The translations under genes and the position numbers were made by a program. A stretch of DNA of 64,000 nucleotides from an uncultured bacterium. GTDB taxonomy: Bacteria > Bacillota > Clostridia > Lachnospirales > Lachnospiraceae. Below, one piece after another: positions 59,895 to 64,000 of the stretch. Position 1 is the first letter of the stretch, and each line of letters begins with the position of its first letter. The stretch lies in contig CANDBT010000017.1 in NCBI GenBank assembly GCA_947383005.1, forward strand, positions 6,705 through 70,704, given 5' to 3'. The notes under the pieces are model-generated. The model had not been told where the DNA came from. It searched no databases and was given only the letters and a program-made list of their open reading frames with translations.

Positions 59895-61640
59895 ATGTCA
59901 GAAACCAATACCAGGGAAAGGCAATCCCCGGCGGATGCCGGGACGAGAACCTTAAATGGTTCCGAGATTGTGATTGAATGCCTGAAAGAGCAGGGCGTAA
60001 AAACGATTTTCGGATATCCGGGTGGTTCTATTTTAAACATTTATGATGCCCTCTACAAACATCAGGACGAGATTACCCATGTATTGACTTCACATGAGCA
60101 AGGGGCAGCTCACGCTGCCGACGGTTATGCCAGGGCTACCGGTAAAGTGGGTGTATGTATGGCTACTTCCGGTCCGGGGGCGACAAATCTGGTAACCGGC
60201 ATTGCAACTGCCTATATGGATTCTATTCCGATTGTGGCAATTACCTGCAATGTGGGGGTAAACCTGCTAGGGAAAGACAGCTTTCAGGAAATTGATATTT
60301 TAGGCGTAACCATGCCGATTACCAAATATAATTTTATTGTTAAGGATATCCGTAAACTGGCGCCGGTTATCCGCAGGGCATTTACGATTGCCCAGAGCGG
60401 CCGGCCGGGGCCGGTACTGATTGATATTACCAAAAACGTTACTGCCGATGTTTGTGAATATACGCCCGAGGAGCCGGTTCCCATTACCCGGCAGACGGAT
60501 TCTATCCGCGAGGAAGATTTGGATGTGGCGTTGGAAATGATCCGCAACTCCCATAAACCGTTTATTTTTGTAGGAGGCGGCGCCGTATTGGCCAACGCTT
60601 CCGAGGAACTGCGTACTTTGGCTCACCGGATCCAGGCGCCTGTAGCGGATTCCCTGATGGGAAAAGGCGCTTTTGACGGCAATGATGAGCTGTATACAGG
60701 CATGGTGGGCATGCATGGGACCAAGACTTCCAATTACGGAATTACCGAGTGCGATTTGCTGATAGTGGCAGGCGCCCGTTTTAGTGATCGGGTTACAGGG
60801 AATGCTTCCCAATTTGCCAAGAATGCCAAAATTATTCAGATTGATGTGGATCCGGCAGAGATTAATAAAAACATCCGCACTCATGCCAGCATTATCGGCG
60901 ATTTAAAAGTGGTACTGCGCAAGTTAAATGCCCGCCTGGATCCGATCAACCATGACGAGTGGGTAAATCATGTAGAGCGGATGAAGGATATGTATCCTCT
61001 GCGTTATGACAAGAGCGTGCTGACAGGGCCTTATGTGGTGGAAACGATTTATCAAAAGACCCAAGGCAATGCGGTAATTGTCACAGAGGTTGGCCAGCAT
61101 CAGATGTGGGCTGCCCAGTACTATAAGTACAGTACTCCCAGAACCCTGTTGACATCCGGGGGCCTGGGGACTATGGGCTATGGCCTTGGCGCCGCTATTG
61201 GTGCGAAGCTTGGCTGCAGGGATATGGGGCTGGCAGATAAGCCGGTGATTAATATTGCCGGGGATGGCTGCTTCCGCATGAATATGAATGAGATTGCTAC
61301 GGCTGTCCGTTATAATATTCCCATTATCCAGGTGGTAGTCAATAACCATGTTTTAGGCATGGTTCGTCAATGGCAAACGTTGTTTTACGGCAAACGTTAT
61401 TCGCATACCGTATTAAATGATGCCGTGGATTTTGTGAAATTGGCAGAAGCTATGGGCGCTGCTGCTTTTAGGGCCGGCAGCAAGGAAGAGTTACAGGCGG
61501 CTTTGGAAAAGGCGATGGAATTAAACGCGCCGGTAGTGATTGACTGCCAGATTAATTGTGATGACAAAGTGTACCCGATGGTATCGCCGGGGGCGCCTAT
61601 TCAGGATGCTTTTGACGAGACGGATTTAAAAATCCATTAA
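59895..61640 (+). CDS. ilvB: Acetolactate synthase large subunit, biosynthetic type
   Basis: GYPGGSILNIYDAL, HEQGAAHAADGYARATGK, SGPGATNLVTGIATAYMDSIPIVAIT, ThDP motif GLGTMGYGLGAAIGA...GDGCFRMN...NN. Confidence 0.9.
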   Translation: MSETNTRERQSPADAGTRTLNGSEIVIECLKEQGVKTIFGYPGGSILNIYDALYKHQDEITHVLTSHEQGAAHAADGYARATGKVGVCMATSGPGATNLVTGIATAYMDSIPIVAITCNVGVNLLGKDSFQEIDILGVTMPITKYNFIVKDIRKLAPVIRRAFTIAQSGRPGPVLIDITKNVTADVCEYTPEEPVPITRQTDSIREEDLDVALEMIRNSHKPFIFVGGGAVLANASEELRTLAHRIQAPVADSLMGKGAFDGNDELYTGMVGMHGTKTSNYGITECDLLIVAGARFSDRVTGNASQFAKNAKIIQIDVDPAEINKNIRTHASIIGDLKVVLRKLNARLDPINHDEWVNHVERMKDMYPLRYDKSVLTGPYVVETIYQKTQGNAVIVTEVGQHQMWAAQYYKYSTPRTLLTSGGLGTMGYGLGAAIGAKLGCRDMGLADKPVINIAGDGCFRMNMNEIATAVRYNIPIIQVVVNNHVLGMVRQWQTLFYGKRYSHTVLNDAVDFVKLAEAMGAAAFRAGSKEELQAALEKAMELNAPVVIDCQINCDDKVYPMVSPGAPIQDAFDETDLKIH

Positions 61641-61668
61641 TGATCATATAATAACAGGAGGAAGAAAA

Positions 61669-62754
61669 ATGGGAAGAGTGTATAATTTTTCGGCAGGCCC
61701 TGCTGTGCTGCCAGAGGAGGTTTTGCAGGAAGCCGCCGCGGAGATGTTGGATTACAAAGGTACGGGGATGTCCGTAATGGAGATGAGCCATCGTTCAAAA
61801 GCTTTTGAAACCATTATCCATGAAGCGGAAGCCGATTTAAGAGAGCTGATGAACATTCCGGATAATTATAAGGTGCTGTTTTTACAGGGCGGCGCCCATC
61901 TGCAGTTTTCTATGATTCCTCAAAACCTGATGAAAAATGGTGTGGCAGATTACATTATTACCGGACAGTGGGCGAAAAAGGCTTTTAAGGAAGCTCAGAA
62001 ATATGGCAAGGCTGTGGCAGTAGCTTCCAGCGAAGATAAAACATTCAGCTACATTCCGGATTGTTCTGATTTGCCCATTGATGAAGATGCGGATTATGTG
62101 TACATTTGTGAAAATAATACCATTTACGGGACTAAGTTCAAGACTTTGCCTAACACTAAGGGTAAGACTTTGGTTGCAGATGTTTCTTCCTGTTTTCTTT
62201 CCGAGCCGGTGGATGTGACAAAATATGGTGTGATTTATGGCGGAGTTCAGAAGAATATTGGTCCGGCAGGCGTGGTGATTGTGATTATCCGCGAAGATTT
62301 GATCCGTGAGGATGTACTGGAAGGCACGCCGACGATGTGCCAGTATAAGATTCATGCGGATGCAGGTTCTTTGTACAATACTCCTCCGGCATATGGCATT
62401 TATATCTGCGGCAAGGTATTTAAATGGCTGAAAGCCAGAGGCGGCCTGCAGGCCATGAAGGAATATAACGAGAAGAAAGCAAAAATCCTTTATGATTTCC
62501 TGGATGAGAGCAAACTCTTTAAGGGTACCGTAGTGAAGGAGGACCGCTCTCTGATGAATGCTCCGTTTGTGACAGGCAATGCGGATTTGGATGCTCTGTT
62601 TATCAAAGAAGCCACGGCAGCAGGATTTGTGAATTTGAAAGGCCACAGAAGTGTGGGCGGCATGAGAGCCAGCATTTACAATGCTATGCCGATAGAAGGT
62701 GTGGAAAAGCTGGTACAATTTATGAAAAAATTTGAGGAGGAGCATCAGGCATGA
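61669..62754 (+). CDS. serC: Phosphoserine aminotransferase
   Basis: YNFSAGPAVLPEEVL, MSHRSKAF, QGGAHLQF, GVQKNIGPAGV (PLP lysine), GHRSVGGMRASIYNAMP. Confidence 0.93.
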   Translation: MGRVYNFSAGPAVLPEEVLQEAAAEMLDYKGTGMSVMEMSHRSKAFETIIHEAEADLRELMNIPDNYKVLFLQGGAHLQFSMIPQNLMKNGVADYIITGQWAKKAFKEAQKYGKAVAVASSEDKTFSYIPDCSDLPIDEDADYVYICENNTIYGTKFKTLPNTKGKTLVADVSSCFLSEPVDVTKYGVIYGGVQKNIGPAGVVIVIIREDLIREDVLEGTPTMCQYKIHADAGSLYNTPPAYGIYICGKVFKWLKARGGLQAMKEYNEKKAKILYDFLDESKLFKGTVVKEDRSLMNAPFVTGNADLDALFIKEATAAGFVNLKGHRSVGGMRASIYNAMPIEGVEKLVQFMKKFEEEHQA

Positions 62755-63914
62755 AAAGGATTCATTGTTTAAATGCGATTTCCAAGTATGGCCTTGGTTT
62801 TTTGACGGAAGATTATGCGTTGACGGAAGATATCAATGAGGCGGAGGGGATTCTGGTGCGGAGCGCTTCCATGCACGAGATGGATTTTTCTTCCAATTTG
62901 CTGGCTGTTGCCAGAGCAGGAGCGGGAGTCAATAATATTCCGTTGGAAGATTGTGCCCAAAAAGGCATCGTGGTGTTTAATACCCCCGGCGCCAATGCTA
63001 ATGGTGTGAAGGAGTTGGTTTTGGCCGGGCTTTTGCTGGCTTCCAGAGATGTTGTGGGCGGTATTGCCTGGTGTAAAGATAATCGGGATGACGAGAATAT
63101 TGCCAAATCGGTGGAAAAGCAAAAAAAGGCATTTGCCGGCGGCGAGATCAAGGGCAAGCGTTTAGGTGTGATCGGTCTTGGCGCTATCGGCGCCGAGGTA
63201 GCTAATGCGGCTGCATCCCTGGGCATGGAAGTTTATGGCTATGATCCTTATATTTCTGTCAATGCAGCCTGGATGCTTTCCAGAAATGTAAAACATATTA
63301 CCAACGTGGACACGATTTATCAGGAATGCGATTTTATTACTATCCATGTGCCGCTGCTGGATGCCACGAAGGGGATGATTAACCAGGAAACCATCGGGCA
63401 GATGAAAGACGGTGTTGTGGTATTGAATTTTGCCCGGGATTTGCTGGTTGACGAAAAGGCCATGTCGGCGGCGTTGGATTCTGGTAAAGTGAAAAAATAT
63501 GTAACGGATTTTCCAAACACCACATCGGTGAAGATGAAAAATGCTATTGTGATCCCTCACCTGGGGGCCTCCACAGAGGAGTCGGAAGATAATTGTGCCA
63601 AGATGGCGGTGATGGAAATGATGGATTATTTGGAAAACGGCAATATCCGCAATTCCGTCAATTTTGCCGCCTGCGATATGGGCGTATGCAAGACGGTTAG
63701 CCGTGTGGCAGTTATGCATTTAAACGTACCGAACATGATCGGCCAGGCTACAGGCACTATGGCCGCCAACGGTATTAACATTTCGGATATGACCAATAAG
63801 AGCAAGGGTAAATTCGCTTACACGCTTATGGATTTGGATAAGCAGCCGGACGAGGCGATTATACAAAAGCTGGCAAGTACGGAAGGTATTTTGCGCGTGC
63901 GGGTGATTCGGTGA
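62751..63914 (+). CDS. serA: D-3-phosphoglycerate dehydrogenase (with C-terminal ACT-like domain)
   Basis: ATGA overlap with serC. NAD motif GVIGLGAIGAEVA, HVPL, PHLGAST. C-terminal regulatory domain. Confidence 0.88.
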   Translation: MKRIHCLNAISKYGLGFLTEDYALTEDINEAEGILVRSASMHEMDFSSNLLAVARAGAGVNNIPLEDCAQKGIVVFNTPGANANGVKELVLAGLLLASRDVVGGIAWCKDNRDDENIAKSVEKQKKAFAGGEIKGKRLGVIGLGAIGAEVANAAASLGMEVYGYDPYISVNAAWMLSRNVKHITNVDTIYQECDFITIHVPLLDATKGMINQETIGQMKDGVVVLNFARDLLVDEKAMSAALDSGKVKKYVTDFPNTTSVKMKNAIVIPHLGASTEESEDNCAKMAVMEMMDYLENGNIRNSVNFAACDMGVCKTVSRVAVMHLNVPNMIGQATGTMAANGINISDMTNKSKGKFAYTLMDLDKQPDEAIIQKLASTEGILRVRVIR

Positions 63915-63958
63915 TTGCATAGGCAAAAGGTTAAAATCAAAAATGAAGGAGAGAAGAT

Positions 63959-64000
63959 ATGGCGGAAGTCAGACCGTTTCGCTGTATCCGTCCAAACAGG
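63959..64000 (+). CDS. Start of a DUF1015-like gene (truncated by window end)
   Basis: MAEVRPFRCIRPN resembles the conserved DUF1015 N-terminus often found after serA in Clostridia. RBS GAAGGAGAG. Only 14 codons are visible. Confidence 0.4.
   Translation, partial: MAEVRPFRCIRPNR

Noticed and set aside
1-64000. Prophage, integrative element, restriction-modification, toxin-antitoxin or other canonical defence island.
   Set aside because: No integrase, recombinase, capsid or terminase, methyltransferase, Cas, or recognisable defence-domain genes were seen in any frame. The only mobile-type content is the Rpn-like gene and the non-autonomous repeats described above.

Overview
The window looks like chromosomal DNA from a Firmicutes/Clostridia (Lachnospiraceae-like) genome, about 48-50% GC. 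This is inferred from gene content, LPXTG and cell-wall-binding-repeat proteins and AGGAGG ribosome-binding sites. I support 48 protein genes, most on the + strand, and one tRNA-Gln.

Gene content in order:
- 1-5.1 kb: an AraC-type response regulator followed by a CUT1 sugar ABC importer.
- 5.2-7.4 kb: punA and a CDF metal exporter.
- 7.5-14 kb: an ECF sigma / anti-sigma pair followed by a 1,322-aa LPXTG adhesin.
- 14.3-22 kb: tRNA-Gln, murA, a BlaI/BlaR1-like pair, and a SAM-I riboswitch with metK.
- 25-43 kb: galT, hemB, asnB, gltX and other housekeeping genes.
- 42-48.6 kb: a LacI-regulated maltose PTS / MapP-like phosphatase / malQ locus.
- 48.7-50.2 kb: a low-GC cassette carrying an Rpn-family PD-(D/E)XK nuclease.
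- 51-64 kb: a UvrD-like helicase, BirA-operator-controlled bioY, and a leuB-ilvD-ilvB-serC-serA block.

I found no CRISPR array, prophage, integrase, canonical transposase or recognisable multi-gene defence system.

The most unusual content is non-coding. At least six families of structured intergenic repeats occupy nearly every long spacer:
- a roughly 160-bp foldback MITE with TGTACTCTCGGAG termini and target-site duplications; one copy rewrites the 3' end of an aminopeptidase gene;
- REP-like double hairpins inside an ABC operon;
- a 150-bp structured element (Y);
- a CTTCTTGCCCG hairpin family (H);
- nested-palindrome complexes (R);
- a TTGCGGAAAT palindrome family (Z).

The best candidates for new biology are the Rpn cassette, which is bounded by inverted 29-nt palindromes and has an internal SD+ATG suggesting a gene-within-gene product, the MITE family, and the sigma/anti-sigma/adhesin module. 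All calls come from reading the sequence and ORF translations by eye. No database search was run.
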